From Gracilinanus agilis (lineage: Eukaryota), in contig NC_058133.1 in the NCBI RefSeq assembly GCF_016433145.1, positions 111,000,969 to 111,064,968 on the forward strand: 64,000 bases of DNA. Reading direction: 5' to 3'. This document shows, piece by piece, positions 27,575 through 38,551 of the stretch; positions within the stretch are counted from its first letter, which is position 1; every line of letters begins with the position of its first letter. A model generated the notes under the pieces. That model was not told the DNA's origin, ran no database searches, and saw only the letters and a list, made by a program, of their open reading frames with translations. A program made the position numbers and the translations under genes.

Positions 27575-28333
27575 CCCTTTTTTTAAATTTAGAAATTTTT
27601 TCCATGTTTCCATGATTCATGATTCACCCTCCCCCCAACCCTTTATACCCTTCTCCTGAAGCTGACAAGCAGTTCCACTGGGTTATACATGTATCATTGT
27701 TCAAAAGCTATTTCCATGTTATTCATATTTGCAGTAGAGTGATCCTTTAACTTCAAAACCTTAATCATATCCCTATTACACTACCTGATCGATCATATGT
27801 TTTTCTTCTGCATTTCTGTTTCCACAGTTCTTTCTCTGGATGTAGATAGCATTCTTTCTTATAAGTTCCTTTGGATTGTCCTGGTTCATTACATTGCTGC
27901 TAGTAGAAAAGTCTATTACATTTGATTATGTCAAAATGTATCTGTCGCTGTGTACAAAGTTCTCCTGGTTCTGCTCCTTTCACTCTGCATGAATTCCTCC
28001 AGTTCATTATTCCTTTCAGCACAATAATATTCCATCACTGTCATATACCATAATTTTTTTAGCCATTCCCCAATCGATGGACACCCCCTCATTTTCCAAT
28101 TTTTTTTGCCACCACAAAGAGCATGGCTATGAATATTTTTGTACAAGTCTTTTTCCTTATTATCTCTTTGGGGTACAAACCCAACAGTGGTGTGGCTGGG
28201 TCAAAGGGTAGGCATTCTTTTAATGCCCTTTGGGCATAGTTCCTAATTGCCCTCCAGAAATGTTTGAACCAATTCACAACTCCACCAGCAGTGTGTTAGT
28301 GTCCCAATTTTGCCACATTCCCTCCAGCATTTA
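27575..28333 (-). mobile_element. 5'-truncated L1 (ORF2 C-terminus plus 3'UTR)
   Basis: Minus ORFs read FWRAIRNYAQRALKECLPFDPATPLLGLYPKEI and GCPSIGEWLKKLWYMTVMEYYCAERNNE. Cys-rich motif ECGKIGTLTHCWWSCEL; TCTGACAA(A)TTT flanks. Confidence 0.92.
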
Positions 28334-28402
28334 GGTCTGACAAATTTTTATAAATTGTTTGTGAAACTTTTTACAAAAGCCCATCTTAAAATTTAAGAAT
28401 TT

Positions 28403-28561
28403 TGGGGGCTACTAGGTGGTGCCATTGACATAGTGCTAGCCCTGGAGTCAGGAAAACCCCAGTTCAAATATGACCTCAGACTTTTAAAAGCTGTGTGAAC
28501 CTGAGTAATCACTCAAATCTCTTTGCCTCAAAAACAAACAAACAAACAAAAAAAAAACACC
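28403..28561 (+). mobile_element. Short CORE-SINE with A-rich tail and 10-bp TSD
   Basis: TTAAGAATTT at 28393 and 28562; ends CTTTGCCTC-(A/AAAC)n. Confidence 0.8.
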
Positions 28562-29360
28562 TTAAGAATTTGCTTTCTTCTCCCTGCATCCTGTTCTTCC
28601 CACTTCTGCCCTTAGTTCTTTTCTTTTCCCATGACTCCTGGTTTCTACACTCACCAAACCTATCTATACCCTTTAAAGTGACCCATGGTGAAGCTTTGGA
28701 GGCCAGAGTGGTGTGTGATAGGGAATTGAACTATTGTACCATCCTTAGGTCTAATTTGGTTTGGGAGACATTCTAATCCAGTCTTCCATTCAATTCAGGA
28801 ATCTTTCCTAGACAGAAATCACCCCATCACTAAAATGTTCAACCTCTGAAGACTTCCATTAGTGGGTACTTTACTTCTTTGAGGCAATTTGTTTGATTTT
28901 TGCATAGTTAAAATTACTCATATTTTTAACTGTAATGAATTCAGGATTCTCTTCCTGTAACATATCTCTTTGTCTTGCTTTTGCTTTTAGAGTATTGTAG
29001 AATAAGTCTAATTCCTTTTTTGTATGGCAGTCCTATGCATTTTTAAAAATCCCTATCCTATCTTCCTTAGATCACCAGACATTCTCTTGCTAAAGCAAGT
29101 GTTTGAGTTCTGGACTCAGATAGGGAACATAATGCCTCACTCTGCATTTTTATTCAATAAGCGTTTACTAAGCACCCACTATGTGTTATACTGGGAAATA
29201 TGAAAACAAGAAATCTTGTCCTTGAAGAGAGTACATTCTATTGCGGGAAACAACATGCACACAGAAAATGCAATACTTTGTATTTTATGTTATTTTGTAA
29301 TTTCTTGGAGAAGGACAGTAGCAGCTGAGAAGAGGATAAGCTTAGTCTGTCCCTTTTTTA

Positions 29361-29593
29361 TTCCTTCCTTCCTTCCTTCCTTCCTTCCTTCCTTCCTTCC
29401 TTCCTTCCTTCCTTCCTTCCTTAACTTGATACTAAGTATTGGTTTCATGGCAGAAGAGTGGCAAGGGCTAGGCATTAGGGAGTTTAAGCGACTTGCCCAG
29501 GGTCACACAGCTAGGAAGTGTCTGAGTCAAATTTGAACCCAGGACCTCCCATCTCCGGGCCTGGATTTCTATCCATTGAACCACCTAGCTGTC
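29361..29593 (-). mobile_element. SINE-1-type element whose tail has become a (TTCC)n microsatellite (29361-29422)
   Basis: The microsatellite abuts the reverse-strand tail GATACTAAGTATTGG. Confidence 0.8.
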
Positions 29594-31053
29594 TCTAAGG
29601 CTAGGCTTTCTATAGGAGAGGGAATTTGATCTGAGCTTTGATGGAAATAAGGGATTAATTCTATGTGATGGGAGAATGCATTCCAGGCATGGGGTACTCT
29701 ACTGGTAAAAGCATGGAGAGGGGAGATTGAATCTTTTATTTGGAGGAACTGCTAGCAGTCCATCCTGAGGATGAATGAGGCTGGGCTTAGTGGGCTATTT
29801 TCATTGAAAGGCAGTGAGAAGATGTATACTGGGAGAAATGATCTTTGTCATGTTGGTTTCTCTGAAGCATCTTTAGAGCACTCTAGGATAATATAATATC
29901 TTCTGTATTTGGTTAAGGAAACAAGGGTTTCCATATTCTTTTAGTTCCCTAGCTAGCCTTGGCACCAGTTTAATTTCAGATGACTTAGTTTTGGTCTGAT
30001 AAGCATTGAGTGACTGCTTGGCCAGTATATTTTTATACAGTATGGGAGAAGATATTTCTTAGCCCATGTGTCTTCTCTCCCTCTTTTCCTTTGATGCTGC
30101 TTTAGTGGGAGATACTCCTCTTCCCACCTCCATCCCTACTCCTTTTTGGCATTTGGAAGTCACCCAGCTCTGGCATCTTGCCTTGGAGGAGGCAAGACCC
30201 AGTGGGAAACATTTACAGAACAGCAGATTATTGAGCTGTAATGAGCAGGCAGCTCCTACTTTGGAAACAACACTGGTATTTAAACAATAAAGCTGTTTTA
30301 ATCAGGAATTAAAGTGTCAGTTCCAGAACCAGTTACAGCTAAGAAATCCTGAATGGAGGAGATAAAAGTGAAGCAAAGAATTGTTTAAAACTTTACTTAT
30401 CCCAAGTTAAGAACCCCTGTTCTACAGCAACCACTGTTGTAAGCATAGTGAAAATTTTAAGGACAATAGGATGGATTATTTGAGCCAGACCTTGATCTGG
30501 AATGAGGTATAATAGAAAAAAGAATGGATTTGGGACCTAGGAGGTTGGATTCTAAGATTCAGAGGGCTTATAAAGGCATCAATGGAAGGGAGTGGGAGGT
30601 CTGCACAAATGATAACTGTAGCTTTTTATGGGAGAGCTTATGGAAGTCACAAAGGGATGAAATGGCCAGTAGGATGAAACCCAGGATTCCTGGTAATCAG
30701 AATGCCAGAGAGTTTGACAATCCTGCTTGAAACTTTTAGTTTGTAGATCTTGCAAAGATCTTTGTGATCAAAACTCTAATGCATTCTTATGCATTTATGT
30801 GATGTGCAATAGAAATTGTCACTTACTATAGAAAAGTTAAAAATCTTTTTTTCTGGGGTGAGAGTCCACAACATAAGTTTGTAACATCGCTACTGAGGCC
30901 TCATAACATTATATACAAGACTAGAGTAATACTTTTTTTCACCAAGGATAATTCTATTGGTAATGTTCATACAAACTTTCAAGGTTTATAAAGCACCTTA
31001 CATATATTAGCTAATATGCATCCCGCAGAAGTCTGGAGAGAGAATTGTTTTTT

Positions 31054-31177
31054 TTTTTTTTTTTTTTTTTACCCTTGTACTTCGGTGTATTGTCTCATAG
31101 GTGGAAGATTGGTAAGGGTGGGCAATGGGGGTCAAGTGACTTGCCCAGGGTCACACAGCTGGGAAGTGGCTGAGGCC
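31054..31177 (-). mobile_element. 5'-truncated young SINE-1-type element with 16-bp TSD
   Basis: GAGAGAATTGTTTTTT at 31038 and 31178; lacks the A/B-box head. Confidence 0.92.
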
Positions 31178-32144
31178 GAGAGAATTGTTTTTTAATAAGT
31201 GAGGGAAATTGACTTGCCCAGGATGGCATAACCAGGAAGTATCTGAAGCTTGTTTGATTCCCAAGTTCTATGTTCTAACCACTATTCGATGCCTCTTTTC
31301 TATTAACACAGGCTCTCTAAAAGGGAGAGTTGAATGCTCTTATCTCTAACAATTTCTGATTTTGCTAGTGTTCAAACCTCATTGGAAAATTCATTGTGCT
31401 ATAATGGGCATTGAATTTGGAGTCAAAAACTTGGAGCTCTATTTCATTCAGCTAGGTGGCACCATAGTGCATAGAACACCAGGCCTGGAGTCAAGATCTG
31501 AGTTCTAACACTTACTAGATGTGTGACCCTGGGCAAGTCACTTAATCACTATCTGCCCCAGTTTCTTCATCTATATCAAATGGAGATAATAATAGCCCCA
31601 ATGTCCCAGACATATTCTAAGGATTAAAAAAGATAATGTTTTTAAAGCACTTTATAATTTTCAAAGAACTATATAGTTATCATTTTCAAAATCATCATCA
31701 TCATCATCATCATTATTGTGAGCCTTAACGAGACATTCCACTTCTCAGGGCTTCAGTTCTCTCTTTTGTAAAATTAGGGAATTGGACTACATCTGAAGGG
31801 TCAAATTTACTGCCTTTAGGCTGCAGTTGTCCACAAAACTCCCTAGAGTACTGCCTGAGCCAGATTAAAATGTCATTAGAAAATATTTAACAACAAAAAA
31901 ATACAACATAGACAATGCTAATTTGTAGTTTTCTGAGTCATTCTGCTTCAGCAGTAATCAATTTCTATTTGAGTTTGACCCTATCAGTCCAGATGATCCC
32001 TGAAGTCCCTGCTGTAAGCCCTGAAACCAAAGCTGAGCTGTGACTTTTGCTTCTTCTGACACAGCAGTGGATATGGCATATTTTTAGGGTCTTTCCTGTA
32101 CTTATTTAAAATTGAAGGATAAAGAAATCCCTAGATTGCTTCTG

Positions 32145-32371
32145 CCCACAACACTGGGCTGGGACTCATGAAGATCTGAGTTCAATTGTGGCCTTAGACA
32201 CATATTAGCTGTGTGACCCTGGGCAAGTCATTTAACCTCTTTTTGCCTCAAACCATTGAAGAAGGAAATGCAAACCACTCTAGTATCTTTGCCCAGAAAA
32301 CCCCATGAATAGTGTTGGTGTGCTATGGTCCACAGGGTTACAAAGAGTTGGACACAATTGAGTAATGTCAG
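32145..32371 (+). mobile_element. RTE-tailed CORE-SINE (Mar1-like)
   Basis: Core followed by the RTE/Bov-B-like tail GAAGGAAATGCAAACCACTCTAGTATCTTTGCC...AAGAGTTGGACACAATTGA. Related copies lie at 39537-39785 (+), 42080-42320 (-) and 61530-61815 (-). Confidence 0.8.
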
Positions 32372-34497
32372 ATTTTTAGGGTCTTTTCTTTTGCTAGTTT
32401 AGAAGTAAAGGATAAAGAAATCCCTGGGCTGCCTCTGGGAAAGTCAGGTGTCCTAGCTGTTCACTACAGTTTCTATCTCTGCAGTTACTTCAGCCAAAGG
32501 GTATTCTAAGAAGAAACGTAGGCAGAGAGCTCTTTCAATGGATTGAGGGAGACTTCCTGGGTAAGGAAGTGGGTGTGTGGGGGGGTAGGATTTAAGTCTT
32601 CACCCTAGCAGCTGGGACTCCTGTTGCACAGGTGGATGAGACAGACTAGACTTATGATTGTAACATAAAACCCACCTGGGGTGCATACAGTAGGAGAAGC
32701 TCCTAGCAGTAATTTGGGGAGCATTCGAACTGGTGGGGCCTGACAAATTCTTTCCTTCTTCATTTTGGACCCAGACATTACCTCCAGAGCATTTGTTACC
32801 CATGATTAGCTCAGAATGGAAAAAAAATTGAATCAAAAGTGTTTGTTGCCTCTTCCTTGTTAGGGTCCTCCTCACTAGCTGAGTTTTTCCTGCCCTTTCA
32901 ACCCTAATTATCTATGCCTGAAAGAATGATTATGGTAGCAGGGATGATGCCTAGCTATCCTTTTTGGAAGAGTATGGTGCTGACTTGTGGATGTGCACTT
33001 AGACCTGCTTTCCCAGGAGGAGAGATGGGTTACACGAAGCCCTCCGAACGCTCTTCCCCCTTGTCCTAGCAATGGCACACATTTACAAAACAGCCAGTCA
33101 GGTACAGGAACAAAAAGGCTGTGTAGCAGCAAAAATAACTGTCCCCCCTATGGGGATCCAGCTCACAGTCATGGTCTAAATAGCACCCTGTGCTGACCAT
33201 CCAAGGACTAGACTGTGTGCCCTTGCATATTTTTTCTTTCTTTAGGACTCCTATCTATCTAGGACCGAGGCCCAATCCTCAGCTGCACTGAATAGGTAAG
33301 CTTTTCCAACTCCCTCTCTCTCAAATCCCTAGTGTACACTCTGACCCATGAGTGAGACTTCCTAGAGGCTCAGGCAATCAACCTGTCTCTCAGCCTGGAA
33401 GAGTTTGAAAAGGGATGTAGGAGAGCAGGAGGTGTGGCAGGGAAGGGCCCCTGGCAGGTGGCTTCTATTGAAGCTGGTTCTGTCTTGTTCCCTGTTGGCT
33501 TTGTGTTTCTGGAGAACGCTTTTGTCCTGGCCTGAAAAGGCTCAATAGTGGTTACATCTGTCATGGCCAGGAAGCAGCAGTTTGCAGTGTGGGGGGTGAA
33601 CAAATACTCAGCAGACACCCTGCCATGGGGCCCAGGTCATGGGAGACTTCTTAGTAAAGGGAAAAGTGACCAGGAGGCAGCTGCCTGCTAATCCTGGAAA
33701 TGGAGAAGAGAGAGAGAGATTTAGCTTTTGACTCCTTCCTTATCTCTCTTTCTCCCTCTCCAGTTGTATTTTCTTCTCAAAAGGGCAGGCAGTTCTGACT
33801 ATGAAGATAAAGGCCCTGGATTCAGCAGTATTATTAAATGTTTCTCCCACCCTGCCCCCACCAGTGCTTGTGAATTTGAGAGTAGCACTGGCCAACACCA
33901 GGGGAGAGATGTTAGAAGCATTTCCCTGATGCTTGGTATGTCCTAGAAGGAGCTGTCATGTTTCACTGATGAGAGGCCAAAATGCAGCAGGCATATTATG
34001 AGTGGAGAGATGTTGGAATAGCTGTTAGGTTGAAGCAGTTAGGTGGTGTGGGACATAGAGCCCTGTGTTCAGTCAGAAATAACTGAATTTGAATCTTGCT
34101 TTTGTAGTCACTAGCATTGTGCCTCTGGGGAAGTCACTAAATCTTTATTTTTAGCCTCTGCTTCCTCATTGATAAAAATGAGGATGGTAATAATAGTACC
34201 TGTCTCCCAGTGTTGTGAGGATCAAATAATAAATATGTAAAGCTCCTTCATATGGTAAATAAATATTAGATAGTATTATTACTAGAGCTTTCAAAGAATT
34301 CAGACCTAAAAGAGGCAAAAAAAGTACATGTGATCTTGGGGATTGTTTGACTATAGTGTCAGTGGAAGGGGAATAGTCTAACTGACTTTTTAAAGCTGCT
34401 TTTCTATTTCAAGGATTATTGTGATATAGTCAGAAAGGATGATTAGTTTGGGGGCCAAGAGATTTAGGTAACAGATGAAGGTCCTAACTTCACCTTT

Positions 34498-34692
34498 AAA
34501 AAACAAACAAAAAACCTCTTAGAATTGATACTAAATATTGGTTCTAAGGCAGAAGAGTGGTAAGAGCAAGGCAATTGGGGTTAAGTGACTTGTCCAGGGT
34601 CACATAGCTAGGAAGTGTCTGAGGTCAGATCTGAACTAAGGACTTCCCTTATCTAAGCCTTGTTCTCTATCTACTAGGCTACCTAGCTGCCC
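34498..34692 (-). mobile_element. CORE-SINE (SINE-1 type)
   Basis: Reverse-strand tail, core and CTAGCTGCCC head. Confidence 0.8.
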
Positions 34693-35591
34693 GGGGCTCC
34701 TAACTTATTTTAAAAAAATTATTGAATATTTTGTTTTCATATAACCTACATTTCTCAATATAATCTTTTAGCCTTCTCCTATATCTTTTTTTTGCGGGGA
34801 AGGGAGGAGTTTGGTCTTTATTACTTTACAGTATGAGTTTTGATGATATGGGTTGTTTCTATTTTCATTTATAGTCAGTTCTTATTCCTTTAATCAAAAG
34901 TTTTGAGATTCTTTGTTGCCTCAACCTTTGTGGATGCCTGAAATAAATATTCTTTGGCTGGGGCCAGCAGCTGAATTGTGGTAGTTTAGAAGGTGGTTAT
35001 CATTATTTCTTATGGAGGTTTGGGGCTCCTATGTCTGGAGCTGCAACAGGATGAGGCCTCAATGGAGTGCTTAATTGGAAGAAACCCAGGTCTGGGGAAA
35101 TCCCAGGATCTGTTTATTTGCTCATCATGGGGAAGTCTAGGGAATATTGGAATGTTTCTCAAGAAACCTAGGAGTCAGTGATGAAGGATGAGGATGAAGG
35201 ACAGGGAAGGAGTCATTGTTTAGAGTTCCTGGGAATTGTTTGTCCTTAACAGACTATCTGCTGCCAGGATGAGAAGAGTACTAAATTGGATACTTATGAT
35301 ACCATTTTTGCCTTTGCACTACTTTCTCTCTGGTGGCTTCTGCCTCTTTTGTGGGGCAAGGGAGCTATTGACTTAGAAGGAGTGAGATCTAAAACACAGT
35401 TTCCCTTGTATGTTGTTCATCTACCTGTGTGCCAGACTCCTTCACCCCAACCTTCTGTCCTGTGTCTGCTGGAGCAGTTAAGCTTTGGTCTCTGCTTGAC
35501 TTCTGGAGTTGTAGCCCCTGCTAGGTGGAAACAGGCAAGAAAGCCTTTGAGCCCAGTAGAGTGGTATATTGATAAGAGGAATACCCTAGAC

Positions 35592-35771
35592 CAGTGATGG
35601 GCAAGCTGCAGCCCCCTGAAATGTTCTATTGGGCTGGCACATTATTCCTAATCTGAAGAATACAAGTAGGATACAATACAGTAAAACTTCGAAAGAGCTG
35701 CCTCAGAAACAGACTGACAGATGAGCATTTCCTTTCCTTTGGCCCCTCTTTAAAAAGTTTGCCCATCACTG
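35592..35771. mobile_element. 180-bp hAT MITE with 16-bp TIRs and perfect 8-bp TSD
   Basis: TIRs CAGTGATGGGCAAGCT and AGTTTGCCCATCACTG (15/16 match); TSD CCCTAGAC at 35584 and 35772. Confidence 0.93.
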
Positions 35772-37916
35772 CCCTAGACCACTTAGCCTAGATTTCTTCC
35801 TCTTCCCCTCCACATCTTATACACTTCACATTGTTTCCAGACAGGAATGCATCACTTCTGATGGCATCACACTTAAGCCACTTCTGGAAACAATTTGTCA
35901 GCATGGAAATTGTTTTTCCCATTCTTGGCTGAACCTGCCCAAAATAATCTGTAAGAATGACCTTTTGAGACTCAATACATGTAGGGTCAGACCATCTCCA
36001 TATTTCCCCATAAGGACTGTGTCTGGTCACAGTATCACTGCAGCTAAGGACTGAACCACTTCTTCCTAATGAACTGCCATTGTCTTTCCCTTCATCCAGC
36101 TATCAAAATGCATTTACTTTAACAGTTCCTTCCCTGGTATTGTTCTGGGATTGGGAGAAGATGATAAAACTTCTGGAGAACTTTATGGGAACTATAGGAG
36201 TTAAGTATTCATGGTTTTCTGGGAGAGAGGAGGATGCTATGGGATATAGTATGGTATGATAGAAAGCCCACAAGCTGTGGAGTCAGACCACCTGGAGCCA
36301 TTTCCTACTCTGATGCTTTTACTTCCAGTACGACCTGGGGCAAGTCATCCCACCTTTTTGGACCTCAGCCTTCCCATTGGTAAAATGAAGGGGTTGAGCC
36401 CTAGCTCTTTGATCCCGTGTCCTTAACAGTATCTTTCAGGGGCCCTTTTGGAATCTAGCAGGTTGTTAAGTGGTCCAAATTTAGAGTTAGTCTCTAGACT
36501 ATTTCTCCCTTGCCAGTCATGGGCTAAAGTTAAATGCAGACCAATTTCTGTGTTGGAATACCCACTGCCACTACAGGGATAAGCTAATGTGGCAAATGAA
36601 TAGAAAATTAGAAAAGGAACAAGAAGCTGTTCCTTTGTTATTGTTCCCATGTAACCTGGGTTGTTTATGGAGAAATCTTCAGTGGTTTTGGGAGGTGAAT
36701 TACCAACAAAAGCTTGAAAGTAAGGAGCCAGGACAATTTGCTGGAAAAAAAACCCCCACATTTTCCTGGGTAGTATCAGGCAGTGTTGAAGAGGGGAAAA
36801 GCTGGCAAAGGGAGTTATTTGAGGGCCTGGTGGGGGATCGATTTGAATGGACTAGCAAGTATTAACTTAATTTGCCTTGAAGAGAAAGTAGAGGATTTAA
36901 GTACTGTTGTGAGGACCTCCATTCTTTTTATTACTAACTTACCAAACTATTAAGTTAAACAACCACTGACAAGGTATTATCAGGGCTTTTTGCCCTCCCT
37001 CAGTTTTTCCTCATTCTCTGCCCCCTAAAGTGTAGCTGCTTGAGTGGCCTTGAGTAATTTGCTCGATTTATGACTTTTTATTCAGTTCTTAGGACTGCTG
37101 GATACCTGGGCCATTCCCCAGCAGATATGGCTGTCTTGAATAACCTTGTAGTACAGGAGTTCTTAACCTGGGATACATGAACTTTTTTGGATAACTTTCA
37201 ACAGAATTGGCACCTTTTATATTGATGTATGTCTTATCTTTCATGTTTAGAAACATTATTTTGAGGAAATGTCCATAGACTAGCAGACTACCAGAGAAGT
37301 TCATTACTTACTACTACTGTAGCCGGGAGGGTGAAAGCATAACTCCTGTGGTAGAGGTGGAGGCTTCTACCTAAATTGGTGATAAAGATACCAGAGGCCC
37401 CTCTAGGGGCTGGAGAAAGCTCCTCTTTAACTAATGGCATATCTGGAATTTCGGCCATGACCTCTTCAAAGGCCAGGTTGGGGCTCTATTTCCTGTCCCT
37501 GAGGCACAGTCAGCTCACCCTGCAGCTGTTGTACATCTGGACTGAGACCGGCTCTCTGAGGTATGTCCACTGACTGCCTCTTCAGGGGGCGGAATCCAGC
37601 TTGCGCAGGCCTCTGGCCGAAGTGGAGGGGGGAGGTGGAAGAATGGGATTTCCCCTGCCCCTGAGCATTTCCACGGACTTCCTCTTACTTCTCTGCTCAT
37701 ATTGTTTCCGAGTCTTGACCTCTGAGCAGCCTGCCTCTTCCCAGCTGGGATAGGGAAGGGAGGAAGTGCTGCTAGATGGTCGTTCTGGGTTTGTGGGTGG
37801 GAAGAGGCAGTTGCTTTGTGGGTTTTGGGAACGGATGTGTATCTTCTTCTCTTTTACCCTCCCTAACTCTTTAAAGGTTAGGACCCAAGATACTATAATC
37901 AAAATATACCATAAGA

Positions 37917-38102
37917 GGGGCAGCTGGGTAGCTCAGTGGAGTGAGAGTCAGGCCTAGAGACAGGAGGTCCTAGGTTCAAACCCGGCCTCAGCCACTTCGC
38001 AGCTGTGTGACCCTGGGCAAGTCACTTGACCCCCAATGCCTACCCTTACCACTCTTCCACCTATGAGACAATACACCGAAGTACAAGGGTTTAAAAAAAA
38101 AT
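37917..38102 (+). mobile_element. Young SINE-1-type element with 13-bp TSD
   Basis: ATATACCATAAGA at 37904 and 38103; intact A and B boxes. Confidence 0.93.
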
Positions 38103-38354
38103 ATATACCATAAGAAAAAGAATATGCAGTAGAGAAATGAGGAAGTAGAAGGGCTCCCTGTAAAGTCTTAGCATTTAGCAGGGTACTTTTTTGGTAAACA
38201 GAATAGCTGTGTGGTCTTGTGGAAAGAATATTGAACCAAGAAAAATTCCATAGTTACTGTATGACCTTGGGGAAATCACATGACTTTTTAATCTCAGCTT
38301 CCTCATCTGTAAAATACCTGCTTCATCCATCTCATAAAAGTCATAGACTTTTAA

Positions 38355-38551
38355 TTTTTATTTATTTTTTTATTTTAAATCCTTAACTTCGGTGTATTGA
38401 CTTATAGGTGGAAGAGTAGTAAGGGTAGGCAATGGGGGTCAAGTGACTTGCCCAGGGTCACACAGCTGGGAAGTGTCTGAGGCCGGATTTGAACCTACGA
38501 CCTCCCGTCTCTAGGCCTGACTCTCAATCCACTGAGCTACCCAGCTGCCCC
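38355..38551 (-). mobile_element. Young SINE-1-type element with 17-bp TSD
   Basis: AAGTCATAGACTTTTAA at 38338 and 38552. Confidence 0.93.
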
